The notes below the pieces were generated by a model that was given only the letters and a program-made list of their open reading frames with translations, ran no database searches and was not told the DNA's origin. A DNA stretch of 64,000 bases from Kofleriaceae bacterium (GTDB lineage: Bacteria > Myxococcota_A > Polyangia > Haliangiales > Haliangiaceae): the NCBI GenBank assembly GCA_965215005.1, contig CBDCCZ010000012.1, positions 96,001 through 160,000 of the forward strand. Direction: 5' to 3'. Every line of letters begins with the position of its first letter. Within the stretch, counting starts at the first letter, position 1. Positions 1 through 11,521 of this stretch are shown in pieces. Made by a program: the position numbers and the translations under genes.

Positions 1-2428
<2,428 letters not shown>

Positions 2429-2448
2429 AGATATTCCTTGACCAATCG

Positions 2449-4518
2449 CTAGACGGCGAGCTGGCGAAAGTCGGCGATGCGCGTGAAGGTTGCGTTGATG
2501 CGGCCGAGCAGAGCCAGCCGGTTGGCGCGCACCCCTTCGTCCTCGTCCATCACCAGCACCGCATCAAAAAAGCGATCGACCGGGGTCTTGAGCTCGGCAA
2601 GAATCTGCAGAGAACCGCGATAATCACCAGACCCCAGGCAGGCGCTGGCCCGGCTCTCGATGTCGCCAAAGCCCTTCCAGAGCTCGCGTTCGGCGTCGGC
2701 GACGAAGCGTTCGGGATCGGGATCCGAGCCGGCCCAAGCGTCTTTGAGGATGTTGGCCACCCGCTTGAAAGCAACCGCCAGAGGCTCGAAATCTGGCCGA
2801 GCTCGCAAGCTGGCGACGGCTTGGGCGCGGGCGCGAGTGTCGGGCACGTTGACAAAGCCCGCCTCCATCGCGGCATCGACGCAGTCAGCGGGAAGCGAGC
2901 TGCCCTCGACCAAGAGGCCCTTGAAACGCGTGCGCAAGAAGCTGAGCACCTCGTTCCGACACGCCTCATCGGCAGGCACGAATGAGCTCAGCTCGCCTGC
3001 CGCCAGCTCCACCAGCTCCGTGAGCGGCACGGTCCAGCCGCGCTCGAGGAGGATTGCGAGTATCGCCAGGGCCGCGCGCCGCAGCCCGTAGGGATCGGCG
3101 GAGCCGGTCGGCTGCAATCCCGCGGCGAAGCAGCCAACGAGAGTATCGAGACGATCGGCAACGCCCACGACGGCGCCGAGGGCTCCACTCGGCAGCGCAT
3201 CGCTGGCGCCACGCGGCAAGTAGTGCTCAAAGATGCCATCAGCGATGTCACTTGGCTCGCCCGAGGCGCGCGCGTAATGGCGGCCCATCACGCCCTGCAG
3301 CTCGGGAAACTCGAACACCATGTGGGTCACGAGGTCGGCCTTGGCCAGCTCGGCCACCCGCGCTGCCGCGGCGGGGTCGACCGCGAGCCGCTCCGCCAAC
3401 CGCGACGCGATGACTTTCACGCGACCGACCTTGTCGCCGATGCTGCCGAGCTTGGACTGAAAGACGACGTCGGCGAGTTTTTCACCCCAGCTCGCTAGGC
3501 TCTGCTTGCGGTCTTCGCGAAAGAAGAACTGGGCGTCGGCCAGGCGAGCGGCGAGCACCCGCTGGTTGCCGCGGCGGACCACCTCGGGGCTGCGGGTGAT
3601 GGTGCCGGCGATGGTCACGAAGCGGTTGGCGAGAGCGCCGCTGGCATCTTCCATGGCGAAGTACCGCTGATGAGCGCGCATCGCCGACACGATGACCTCC
3701 TCGGGAACCTCGAGGAATCCCGCATCGAACTCGCCGCATACGCCCACGGGGTACTCGACGAGGTTGGCGACCTCGGCCACGAGTCGATCATCCACCCGCA
3801 CCACCAGGCCGGTCTCCTCGGCGATTCGCGCGAGCTCGGCGCGCACCATGTCGCGCCGAACCTCGGCAGAGACGATGACAAAGGCCTTGCGCAGCGCTTC
3901 GCGGTAGGATTCGGCGGTGACCTCGATTGGCTCGGGGGCCAGGAATCGGTGCCCAAGGCTGGTGGTGCCGGCGCGAATGCCGGCGAACTCGAGCGGCAGC
4001 GTGGTGGTGCCGAGACGAGCCACGAGCCACCGCACCGGCCGCACGAATGGCTGCTCGCCCGCGCCCCAGCGCATGGATTTGGCCCATGGCAACTCGACGA
4101 GCAGCTCGTGCAGCAGCGCAGCGAGGATCTCGGAGGCTGGTTTTCCGGCCTCGCGACGAGTACACACGACGTACTCGCCCTTCTTGCCCTCGACCTCACG
4201 GCGCTCCAGAGCGCTCACCTGCACGCCGCTGCGCTCCGCGAAGCCGATCGCGGCCTTGGTCGGCGCTCCGGTGGCGTCGAAGGCGACCCGCGCCGGCGGC
4301 CCGACGACCTCCTCTGATAGGTCGCGCTGGCGATCCTCGAGCTCGAGGACCAGGACCGCCAAGCGTCGCGGCGTACCGAGGACGTGCACCGCGCCGTGGG
4401 CCAGCCGCGCCTCGACGAGGCGAAGCGGCAGCTGCCGGCCGAGCTCGGCCAACGCGCGCTCGAGAGCGGCGGCAGGAATCTCTTCGACTCCCACCTCGAA
4501 CAACAAGTCAGCGGGCAT
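2449..4518 (-). CDS. glyS: Glycine--tRNA ligase beta subunit
   Basis: [57 protein letters not shown]-terminal NRLALL..IADF. Start placed at 4518, overlapping the glyQ stop. Confidence 0.97.
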   Translation of the reverse strand: MPADLLFEVGVEEIPAAALERALAELGRQLPLRLVEARLAHGAVHVLGTPRRLAVLVLELEDRQRDLSEEVVGPPARVAFDATGAPTKAAIGFAERSGVQVSALERREVEGKKGEYVVCTRREAGKPASEILAALLHELLVELPWAKSMRWGAGEQPFVRPVRWLVARLGTTTLPLEFAGIRAGTTSLGHRFLAPEPIEVTAESYREALRKAFVIVSAEVRRDMVRAELARIAEETGLVVRVDDRLVAEVANLVEYPVGVCGEFDAGFLEVPEEVIVSAMRAHQRYFAMEDASGALANRFVTIAGTITRSPEVVRRGNQRVLAARLADAQFFFREDRKQSLASWGEKLADVVFQSKLGSIGDKVGRVKVIASRLAERLAVDPAAAARVAELAKADLVTHMVFEFPELQGVMGRHYARASGEPSDIADGIFEHYLPRGASDALPSGALGAVVGVADRLDTLVGCFAAGLQPTGSADPYGLRRAALAILAILLERGWTVPLTELVELAAGELSSFVPADEACRNEVLSFLRTRFKGLLVEGSSLPADCVDAAMEAGFVNVPDTRARAQAVASLRARPDFEPLAVAFKRVANILKDAWAGSDPDPERFVADAERELWKGFGDIESRASACLGSGDYRGSLQILAELKTPVDRFFDAVLVMDEDEGVRANRLALLGRINATFTRIADFRQLAV

Positions 4519-5506
4519 GAGCAACCTCAGCGGGGCGCTCGAGAGGGGCGGCGATGGCACGAGCGGCCGCCAGCGCCGCGGCATTGACGCCGTGCTCAAT
4601 CGCGGCATCGAAGGCGTCTTTGGCCGCGCGTCCGGCTTCTGGCGCTAGCAACGGAAACCCTAGCTGCGCGCGGCTGCGAACGTATCCCTCGGCGCACGTG
4701 CGAGCCAGATTTCGAACCCGGCCGATATAGCGCTGCCGCTCGGTCACGCTGATGGCGCCGCGGGCGTCGAGCACATTAAACGTGTGTGAGCACTTCATGC
4801 AGTAGTCGTAGCCGGGCAGGACCAGTCCTAGCGCGCTGAGCCGTTTGCTCTCGGCTTCGAACTTGTCAAACAGCTCGAACCCGAGCGCGGTGTCGGCGTG
4901 CTCGAAGTGCAGCTGGGAAAACTCGACCTCTTCCTGATGTCGAACCTGGCCATAGCGCACGTGGGCGTTCCACTGCAGATCATAAATGCTGTCGACGTCT
5001 TGCAGATACATCGCCAGGCGCTCGATCCCGAGCGTGATTTCGGCCGTGACGGGCATGAGATCGATGCCGCCCGCTTGCTGAAAATAGGTGAACTGAGTGA
5101 TCTCCATGCCGTCGGCCCAGACCTCCCAGCCGAGCCCCCACGCGCCGAGGGTTGGGCCCTCCCAGTCGTCCTCGACGAAGCGAATGTCGTGCTCGAGCGG
5201 ATCGAGCCCGATGCGCCGCAGCATGTCGAGATAGAGCTCTTGCACGTTGGGCGGCGAGGGCTTGAGGCCGACCTGAAACTGAAAATAGGCGCCCATGCGG
5301 TTGGGGTTTTCACCGTAGCGGCCATCGCTCGGACGACGGCAGAGCTGGGTGAACGCGACGTTGTACGGCTCGGGGCCGAGAACTCGCAGAAACGTTGCCG
5401 GATGAAAGGTGCCGGCGCCAACCTCGAGGTCGACAGGCTGCTGAATGAGGCAGCCGTTCTCGGCCCAAAACCGTTGAAGCTCAAGGATCAGGTCTTGCAG
5501 GTACAT
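4508..5506 (-). CDS. glyQ: Glycine--tRNA ligase alpha subunit
   Basis: [70 protein letters not shown]. Confidence 0.98.
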   Translation of the reverse strand: MYLQDLILELQRFWAENGCLIQQPVDLEVGAGTFHPATFLRVLGPEPYNVAFTQLCRRPSDGRYGENPNRMGAYFQFQVGLKPSPPNVQELYLDMLRRIGLDPLEHDIRFVEDDWEGPTLGAWGLGWEVWADGMEITQFTYFQQAGGIDLMPVTAEITLGIERLAMYLQDVDSIYDLQWNAHVRYGQVRHQEEVEFSQLHFEHADTALGFELFDKFEAESKRLSALGLVLPGYDYCMKCSHTFNVLDARGAISVTERQRYIGRVRNLARTCAEGYVRSRAQLGFPLLAPEAGRAAKDAFDAAIEHGVNAAALAAARAIAAPLERPAEVAHAR

Positions 5507-5530
5507 AGGTCTCGCCGAGGGAATCGCGGC

Positions 5531-5559
5531 ACCGTAACAGAGCGGTCAGCACCGGTCAA
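5531..5559 (-). promoter_or_regulatory. Putative sigma70 promoter for glyQ-glyS-ppdK
   Basis: TTGACC-17 nt-TACGGT with a TG extended -10, about 25 nt upstream of the glyQ ATG. Confidence 0.6.
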
Positions 5560-5691
5560 TAGAACGTAGGACCACGAAAATCTTGATGATATCGGTTCGC
5601 TGCGCGGCCGCGTCTGGGTGAATTTCGGAAGCGGATGAAGCGGCTGACGCTGCTATCGAAATCATCCCCCCGGCAAGCCGCTGCTATCGCT

Positions 5692-6327
5692 CTATAGATC
5701 GATGAGCCCATCCGAGCCGTTTCGCGGACCGGGCGGCTTTTCACGTTCCCGGCGCGGTGGTCGCGGCACGGGCTGCAGCTCGATGGTCACCAGTTGATCC
5801 GCTCGCACGACGCGTTGGTCCTGCCATGCCCGATAGCCACGGGCACGCGCCGCGATGGCGACCGTCCGCTCGCCCCCCTCCCCCAGCTCGAGGACCACCG
5901 CCCGCTCGGATACCGGCACGCCGTCCACGGTGATGGCAACCTCGGCCGCGGCGGGCTGCACCGCGAACCGCAGCGACGCAGTCGCCGGTAGCGCGGCGTC
6001 CGCTGGCGCCACTGCCACCGGCCGCTGCTCGGCAACGCCCGCATCGACCGGTGGTCGAGCCTCCCTAGCGAGAGCCGCATCCGGTGGTGGCGCGAGCCCT
6101 TCTGCGCTGGCGGCAGGCGCCGGTGGGCGCACGATCATGAGTCCGCTGAAGACGCCCACTGCCAGACCGACCGACACCACGATGGGCAATGCTTTGCCGG
6201 CTGGAGCGCCACGGCCTGCCGGCCCAGCGGGCGGGCCCGAGGGATACCCACCAGGCGATGGATACGCCCCCGATGCGGCGGTGGAAGGTGGCCAGCTGGT
6301 TGGTTTCTGCCCCGAAGGTTTCATCAT
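5692..6327 (-). CDS. Hypothetical single-pass membrane protein with Pro/Gly-rich N-terminus and PEGA-like C-terminal domain
   Basis: MMKPSGQKP start, one hydrophobic helix (ALPIVVSVGLAVGVFSGLMIV), Pro/Ala linker, then VAITVDG..ARARGYRAW..VTIELQP resembling PEGA. Confidence 0.65.
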   Translation of the reverse strand: MMKPSGQKPTSWPPSTAASGAYPSPGGYPSGPPAGPAGRGAPAGKALPIVVSVGLAVGVFSGLMIVRPPAPAASAEGLAPPPDAALAREARPPVDAGVAEQRPVAVAPADAALPATASLRFAVQPAAAEVAITVDGVPVSERAVVLELGEGGERTVAIAARARGYRAWQDQRVVRADQLVTIELQPVPRPPRREREKPPGPRNGSDGLIDL

Positions 6328-6407
6328 CACGCCTCGCTGCGGGTCCACGCTAACAGAAGCGCCGAACCACAGCCACGCCGGCAGCCCCACAGCCGAGAGC
6401 ACCGCGC

Positions 6408-7196
6408 TCAGCGGCCGCGTCGAGCCTGGGCGGTGGCGACCTTGGTGAAGAACTGCAGCGAGCGCAGCGGCTTGCCGACGTGCCCGAGAATCAGCGAGAC
6501 CACCGCATCGCGGCCCTCGCGAGCGCCCGGCTGGTCAACGCCGAGCGCGTGCGCCGCGGTCAATGTCTCAGCGCGGCCGAAGGCAAGCAGCGCGAGGCGA
6601 GCGTCGAGCGACAGCGGCCGGATGCCCGCGCCTCTAGCATTGGCCGCGCACCCAGCACAGAGGATGCCGCCGCGCTCGGGGTCAAGGACGACGCCGGTGG
6701 CGAGGGCATCGGTGCGCTCGCAAGCGACGCAGCGGTCGAGAATGGGCGCCACCCCGAGCAGCTCGAGCAGCCGCAGCTCGAAGGCCCGCAGCACCGGCGG
6801 CGACGCGCCATGCTCGCGCAGCGCCGCGAACAGCGCGAGCAGGAGCGCGAGCACGTGCGGATCGGGCTGCTCGGCAGCGGTGAGCTCGCGAACCAGCTCG
6901 ATGCCGTAGCTGCCGTGCGCGAGCGTTGCGACGTCGGCAGCTAGCACCTGGAAGTCGTCACGCAGGCTCGCTTCGGCCAGCGTCCAAAGCTCGCTTGCCC
7001 CGCGGCGTCGGAGCGCGACCGCCGATACGGTGAAGAGCTCGAGCGCCGCGCCAAAGCGCCGCCGTGAACGTCGAGCACCGCGCGCCATGGCCGAGAGGCG
7101 TCCGTGACTGGCGGTGTACAGCGTCACCACCAGATCCGCCTCGCGATACGGCACCGCGCGCAACACCACCGCGTCCGTGACCACCGCTTCGCTCAT
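6408..7196 (-). CDS. recO: DNA repair protein RecO
   Basis: AVVLRAVPYREADLVVTLYT, ARGARRSRRRFGAALELF, zinc ligands CVAC and CAGC. Start moved to MSEAVV. Confidence 0.95.
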   Translation of the reverse strand: MSEAVVTDAVVLRAVPYREADLVVTLYTASHGRLSAMARGARRSRRRFGAALELFTVSAVALRRRGASELWTLAEASLRDDFQVLAADVATLAHGSYGIELVRELTAAEQPDPHVLALLLALFAALREHGASPPVLRAFELRLLELLGVAPILDRCVACERTDALATGVVLDPERGGILCAGCAANARGAGIRPLSLDARLALLAFGRAETLTAAHALGVDQPGAREGRDAVVSLILGHVGKPLRSLQFFTKVATAQARRGR

Positions 7197-7269
7197 CGCA
7201 GCTGCGAGCATGCCGCAAACGCAGCGATAACGCAGCCTCGGGGCGATCGCCCCAGTGATTGTTGCGTTG

Positions 7270-8379
7270 CTAGCGGCTCCCAACCGCCGGAGTGCCGGGA
7301 TCGAGCTGGGTGATGCCGTCACCGGTGTAGCTGGGTCGGCGCATGAGGTAACTCATGGTGATCGTGGCGACGATAACCAGGATGATCACGGCCAACGTGA
7401 GAGCGCCGCGACGGGGGCCGGCATCGGCGTCGAGAAGAGCGGCGGGCATAGACATCCGCGTCGAGGCATCGCGCTCGGGAACCGCGGCGCGCTCCACCTG
7501 CGCGCGCTCGGCGACGTCTGGGTTGGCGTCGTCTATGAGCAAGGTTGGCCGCGGCAGCACCACTGGCGCCGGCGACCGCGGGGTTGCCTTGACCGCCGAG
7601 GCGCCAGCCGGCGACAACGGGGGCGCGCCAGCCGGTTCTGCCGGCGAGAGCTGGGTTGCCTTGACCGCCGAGACGCCGGCCGGGGCGACGTCAGCCGCGA
7701 GCTCGCTGCACGAGTCGTGGCGCGGCGCGCCGCCGTCGCGACGCGGCGCGCTGCTACCACGGGCGTGGCGCTTCTTGCGCCGCCGCCCTCGCCCGCGCTT
7801 AGCAGCTTGATTGGTCACGATTACAGGCGCCGCAGCAGCTTGACCCGTGGCGCTCTCGAGATGCTCCGAAGAATGATGCTCCGGCAACGCCGCGCTCGGA
7901 GCAGCATCTTCGCTGGGCACCGGCGGAATGGCCAAGGCCGCGGTCGAGCCATGGGCGAAGCAAGCGTCTGACTCCGTGTCGGCCGGCCGCGGCGAGGGAG
8001 TCGAGCCGCCGATCCGGCTAGCCGCAACCGCGTGCTCGGGCGCCAGCCTTGCCATCGCTTCTAACAGCGCCTGCGCTTGCGGCGACGCCACCGGCGCCGG
8101 AGACAATCCGCACTGCGCATACCGCTGCACCGTGGCTTCGGCGTCGATTCCCACGCACCGCGCGTAGGAGCGCAAAAATCCGCGGATGAACACATCCGCC
8201 GGCAGCTCTTCGAAGGCGCCGGCCTCGAGCTGCTCGAGCGAGCGCGCGGGAATCCGCGTGATGCGCGCGATATCGTCGATAGAGATCGCCTGCGCTTGCC
8301 GGCGTTGTTTTAGGTACGCGCAAAAGCCAGCTCGTGAGGCAGCCGGCGCGTTGGCGTGACTATCGGAGCGCTCGTTCAT
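7270..8379 (-). CDS. RodZ-like helix-turn-helix membrane protein
   Basis: LKQRRQAQAISIDDIARITRIPARSLEQLEAGAFEELPADVFIRGFLRSYARCVGID (RodZ-type HTH), long low-complexity linker, one TM helix near the C-terminus. Confidence 0.85.
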   Translation of the reverse strand: MNERSDSHANAPAASRAGFCAYLKQRRQAQAISIDDIARITRIPARSLEQLEAGAFEELPADVFIRGFLRSYARCVGIDAEATVQRYAQCGLSPAPVASPQAQALLEAMARLAPEHAVAASRIGGSTPSPRPADTESDACFAHGSTAALAIPPVPSEDAAPSAALPEHHSSEHLESATGQAAAAPVIVTNQAAKRGRGRRRKKRHARGSSAPRRDGGAPRHDSCSELAADVAPAGVSAVKATQLSPAEPAGAPPLSPAGASAVKATPRSPAPVVLPRPTLLIDDANPDVAERAQVERAAVPERDASTRMSMPAALLDADAGPRRGALTLAVIILVIVATITMSYLMRRPSYTGDGITQLDPGTPAVGSR

Positions 8380-8416
8380 CGCTAACTCGCAAGGTCCGTT
8401 CGCGGCATGGAGACCA

Positions 8417-9322
8417 TCATGGCGCCAGGGCCCGACATTGAGCGGCCACACAGCTTCGGGGCGCCAATGCAGCGCAGCGCTGGGCCGCCACGGCGAGGTC
8501 ATCGGGGCGCGCGAGCTGCCGCATGGTCCTCATGAGATACAGGTGCGCCTCTTGGAGAGGACAGTCAGACTGTTGCGTAACGTACTGAAACTTTTCGAGC
8601 GCTTTTTCCCACTCTTTGCGGGCGAAGTAAACCCTGCCGAGACGATAGTTGGCGACGCACATTCCGGGCTGAAATTGCTCCGCTTGCCGCAACTCCGTCG
8701 CCGCCCCAACGTAGTCGCCGCGATGAAAGTGCGCCCATCCGAGATTGGCCCGCACCAGGCCGATGTTGTTCAAGCGACCAGGCTTGGCAAGCGCCTCCTG
8801 CAGGTGCCGCGCAGCGTCGTCGTAACGCTCGAGCGCGATCGCGACCACGCCGCGATTGGCGCGCGCCTCGCCATAGTCGGCGCTGAGCTCGGCGGCGGCG
8901 GCAAAATGCGCATCGGCCTGCCGCAGATGCGCATCCATTTCCGCGCGTAGCGCCTCGGCGTCGACGCCGGTTAGGCAATCGTCGATCTCCACGAGCCGAA
9001 GCTCACCGAGCGCGTGCATCAAGTCCAAGAGTCCGAGGAGATTCATGGCCTCGTCGTTGCTGGCGTCGTAACCGAGCGCCTTCTGCGCCTCTTGTTCGGC
9101 CGCTTCGATCGCGCCTTTGGAGAGGAAATCTTTGGCTAGATCCAAGCGCGTGTTGCTCTTGTTGCGATCCGCGGCGTGATGGGCGCAGCCGAGAAGCAGA
9201 ACGATTGCCGCAAGAGTGAGACCCGCCGCGCCCGAGGCGACCCGCGCGCGGCGCACGACCAGCGCGCGAGGCTGTCGCGCTGCCTTCGGCGTGGAGAGTC
9301 GTGACCTAGCAAGATGACCCAT
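8417..9322 (-). CDS. tgl: TPR lipoprotein, Tgl/PilF/PilW pilotin family
   Basis: Lipobox LLLGC, tandem TPRs (EARANRGVV, VRANLGWAHF, CVANYRLGRVY), Cys-rich C-terminus, position upstream of HTH-recO. Start 9322 or 9334. Confidence 0.75.
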   Translation of the reverse strand: MGHLARSRLSTPKAARQPRALVVRRARVASGAAGLTLAAIVLLLGCAHHAADRNKSNTRLDLAKDFLSKGAIEAAEQEAQKALGYDASNDEAMNLLGLLDLMHALGELRLVEIDDCLTGVDAEALRAEMDAHLRQADAHFAAAAELSADYGEARANRGVVAIALERYDDAARHLQEALAKPGRLNNIGLVRANLGWAHFHRGDYVGAATELRQAEQFQPGMCVANYRLGRVYFARKEWEKALEKFQYVTQQSDCPLQEAHLYLMRTMRQLARPDDLAVAAQRCAALAPRSCVAAQCRALAP

Positions 9323-9483
9323 AACGTGCAGCAACCTCTGCCGACCGCCATCGCAGCTGTGGCCGACCTCCGGATTGTAACACCATGCGCCGGTAACTCG
9401 TGGCGCATGCGCACCTCGTAAACCGGCATGTGCCTGCTCTGCGAGTGATTTGGGTGCAGGCGAACATGCTATGTTCGCTGCGC

Positions 9484-10389
9484 ATGTCGCCCTCCGAAGC
9501 CGCCGTGCGCGCTGCTGATGGTTCCGCGCCGGGCCCCCTCACACCAACCTCGACAGGGCAAATCCGTAGCCGCGACGGCACGAATCTGCACAGCGAGTGG
9601 TTTGCTGCGCCAGAGCCTCGCGCCGCGGCGGTCATCATTCATGGCTACCAGGAGCACTGCGGGCGCTACCGCGAGGTTGCGAACGTGCTCACGCGCATGG
9701 GCGTTGCGGCGCTGTCCTTCGACCTGCGCGGCCATGGTCGCTCGGGCGGGCAACGCGGCCACACCAGCGGCTATCGCCGCTACATCGATGATCTAGAAGC
9801 GGCCATCGACGAGCTCGAGCAGCGCCTCGATGACGCGTCGGTCCCGCTGGTGCTGCTCGGACACTCCAACGGCAGCTTGATCGCACTGCGCACGCTCACG
9901 GATCCGCTGCGCAAGCCGCCGCGGGTGGCGGCCGCGGTGCTGTCGTCACCGTTTCTTGGCTTTGAGCTGCAAGTGCCGCTCGCCAAGGAGTTGGTGGGGC
10001 GCGTTGCAGCGCGTTGGCTGCCTTCGCTGTCGCTGCCGAGCGAGCTGCGGGTCGAAGAGCTCACCAGCGACACGGGCAAACAAGCCGAACGTCGGGTCGA
10101 CACGCTGTGTCACGATCTCGCCAGCGCGCGCTGGTTCGTCGCAGCCGGACGGGCGCAGCGCTACGTGCTCGACCATGCCGCGCGCATCGATGTGCCAACG
10201 CTGTGGTTGGTCGCCGGTCGCGATCGCATCGCCGATGCCCGCGCGAGTAAGCGAGTGCGCGCACGACTGCGCGCACCCGCGGTCTATCACGAGCTCGCGG
10301 GGCTCGAGCACGAAGTCTTCAATGAACGCGACCGCGGATCCGTATTCCGGCTTCTCGAGACGTTCTTGTGCGAGCAGTTTCCAGCGTAG
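9484..10389 (+). CDS. Alpha/beta hydrolase, lysophospholipase/monoacylglycerol lipase family
   Basis: HGYQEH, DLRGHGRS, nucleophile elbow GHSNG, DRIAD, HEVFNE. Start uncertain (9400, 9466 or 9484). Confidence 0.9.
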   Translation: MSPSEAAVRAADGSAPGPLTPTSTGQIRSRDGTNLHSEWFAAPEPRAAAVIIHGYQEHCGRYREVANVLTRMGVAALSFDLRGHGRSGGQRGHTSGYRRYIDDLEAAIDELEQRLDDASVPLVLLGHSNGSLIALRTLTDPLRKPPRVAAAVLSSPFLGFELQVPLAKELVGRVAARWLPSLSLPSELRVEELTSDTGKQAERRVDTLCHDLASARWFVAAGRAQRYVLDHAARIDVPTLWLVAGRDRIADARASKRVRARLRAPAVYHELAGLEHEVFNERDRGSVFRLLETFLCEQFPA

Positions 10390-10477
10390 TCGCATACCTC
10401 GCATCACCGATCCCGCGGCGGCGGCACCGTTTTATAGAGCAACCTTCGCTGGGCGACGCCGTTGCGAGAAAGACTCT

Positions 10478-10506
10478 TTGCGCGCACCGACGCCCGCCCC
10501 TATACT
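10478..10506 (+). promoter_or_regulatory. Putative sigma70 promoter upstream of the amidotransferase-like gene
   Basis: TTGCGC-17 nt-TATACT, leaving a leader of about 105 nt. Confidence 0.6.
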
Positions 10507-10619
10507 TGCAGTCAACGCGGGGTCCAGTCGCTGGGTCCACGTTCCTTGATGGTTTGTAGCCCCCGAAGAGCCCCGCGGGACTTCTGGGAGAGCTCCCCGG
10601 GGTAGGCGCGGAGTCCAAG

Positions 10620-11408
10620 ATGACACGTCTTTTCGGCTGCACTTGCAATCAACCACAACGCATCGCAGAGGCGCTCGAGCCAATTCGGCACGTGCTCGTC
10701 GCAACCGCGCCCGTGCCGCGTTGGGGACTCGGCTCCATTCAGGGCGGTGAGGTCTTGCTCAGCCGATTCCCCCGCCCCAGTGATGGTGACGTCGACTTCT
10801 TCGCGGCGCTGCAGAACCGCCACTCCGACTATCTCATCGCGCATGCAAGCGAGCGCGATGGCCTCGGAGGCAACGCCAACACCCAACCGCTGCGGTTTCG
10901 GCAGTGGATGTACGCCCAGGAAGGCTCTATCGAAGATTTCGCGGGCGTTCAGTCCGAGATTCTGGCGCGCATTCCAGCGTTCATGCGGCGCAACATCGCC
11001 GGCAAGACCGCTGCCGAGCACCTCTTTCACGTGTTCTTGGCGATGCTGCACGAAGCCGGATCGATCGATGATCGCAACCTGCCCCCAAGTGAGACCCGGC
11101 GCGTCCTTGCTGCGACCATGGAGCTAGCCTCCGGCGTCCTCAAGGGTGCCGGAAGCAGCGCTCGGCCGGGCAACGTCATCGTCTCCAACGCGCGCTCGAT
11201 GTTGGCGGCGCGTTTGGGTCATCCGATGTACCTGCGGCGGCTGTTCGTCGCCGGCGACGACCGCACCGGCCGCGATGAGACCTTCCGCGGCGTGCTCGTG
11301 GTCTCGACCACCGCCGATCCCGGCGAAGGATTTGAGGAGATACCCGCCGGCGCCGCGGTGCTGATCCACCGCGACTTGCGCACCGACATCACGCCTCTCG
11401 ACTCCTGA
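10620..11408 (+). CDS. Class II glutamine amidotransferase-like protein (YafJ/EgtC family), Cys1 replaced by Thr
   Basis: MTRLFG start, WGLG, LIAH, NTQPLRFRQWMYAQEGSI, IAGKTAAEHLFHVFL match the family layout (usually MCRLFG, NTHPF, FAHNG, G.TDSE). Confidence 0.8.
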   Translation: MTRLFGCTCNQPQRIAEALEPIRHVLVATAPVPRWGLGSIQGGEVLLSRFPRPSDGDVDFFAALQNRHSDYLIAHASERDGLGGNANTQPLRFRQWMYAQEGSIEDFAGVQSEILARIPAFMRRNIAGKTAAEHLFHVFLAMLHEAGSIDDRNLPPSETRRVLAATMELASGVLKGAGSSARPGNVIVSNARSMLAARLGHPMYLRRLFVAGDDRTGRDETFRGVLVVSTTADPGEGFEEIPAGAAVLIHRDLRTDITPLDS

Positions 11409-11521
11409 CCCCGCGCCGGGTCGAGGGGCGGCCCCCGCCTTGAATTCCTGCGCCACCACCCGGCTGCGCAGGAAGCAATCTCCCGTGGACGAACGCCACG
11501 GAGGGCTCTTACTATGCGTTC

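Noticed and set aside
7580..7672. Direct repeat GGGTTGCCTTGACCGCCGAG in the HTH gene
   Set aside because: In-frame duplication (SAVKAT twice) inside a low-complexity linker; no sign of a mobile element.
11445..11474. Inverted repeat TTCCTGCGC-N12-GCGCAGGAA
   Set aside because: Could be a terminator or operator, but has no U tract or second copy, so too weak to call.
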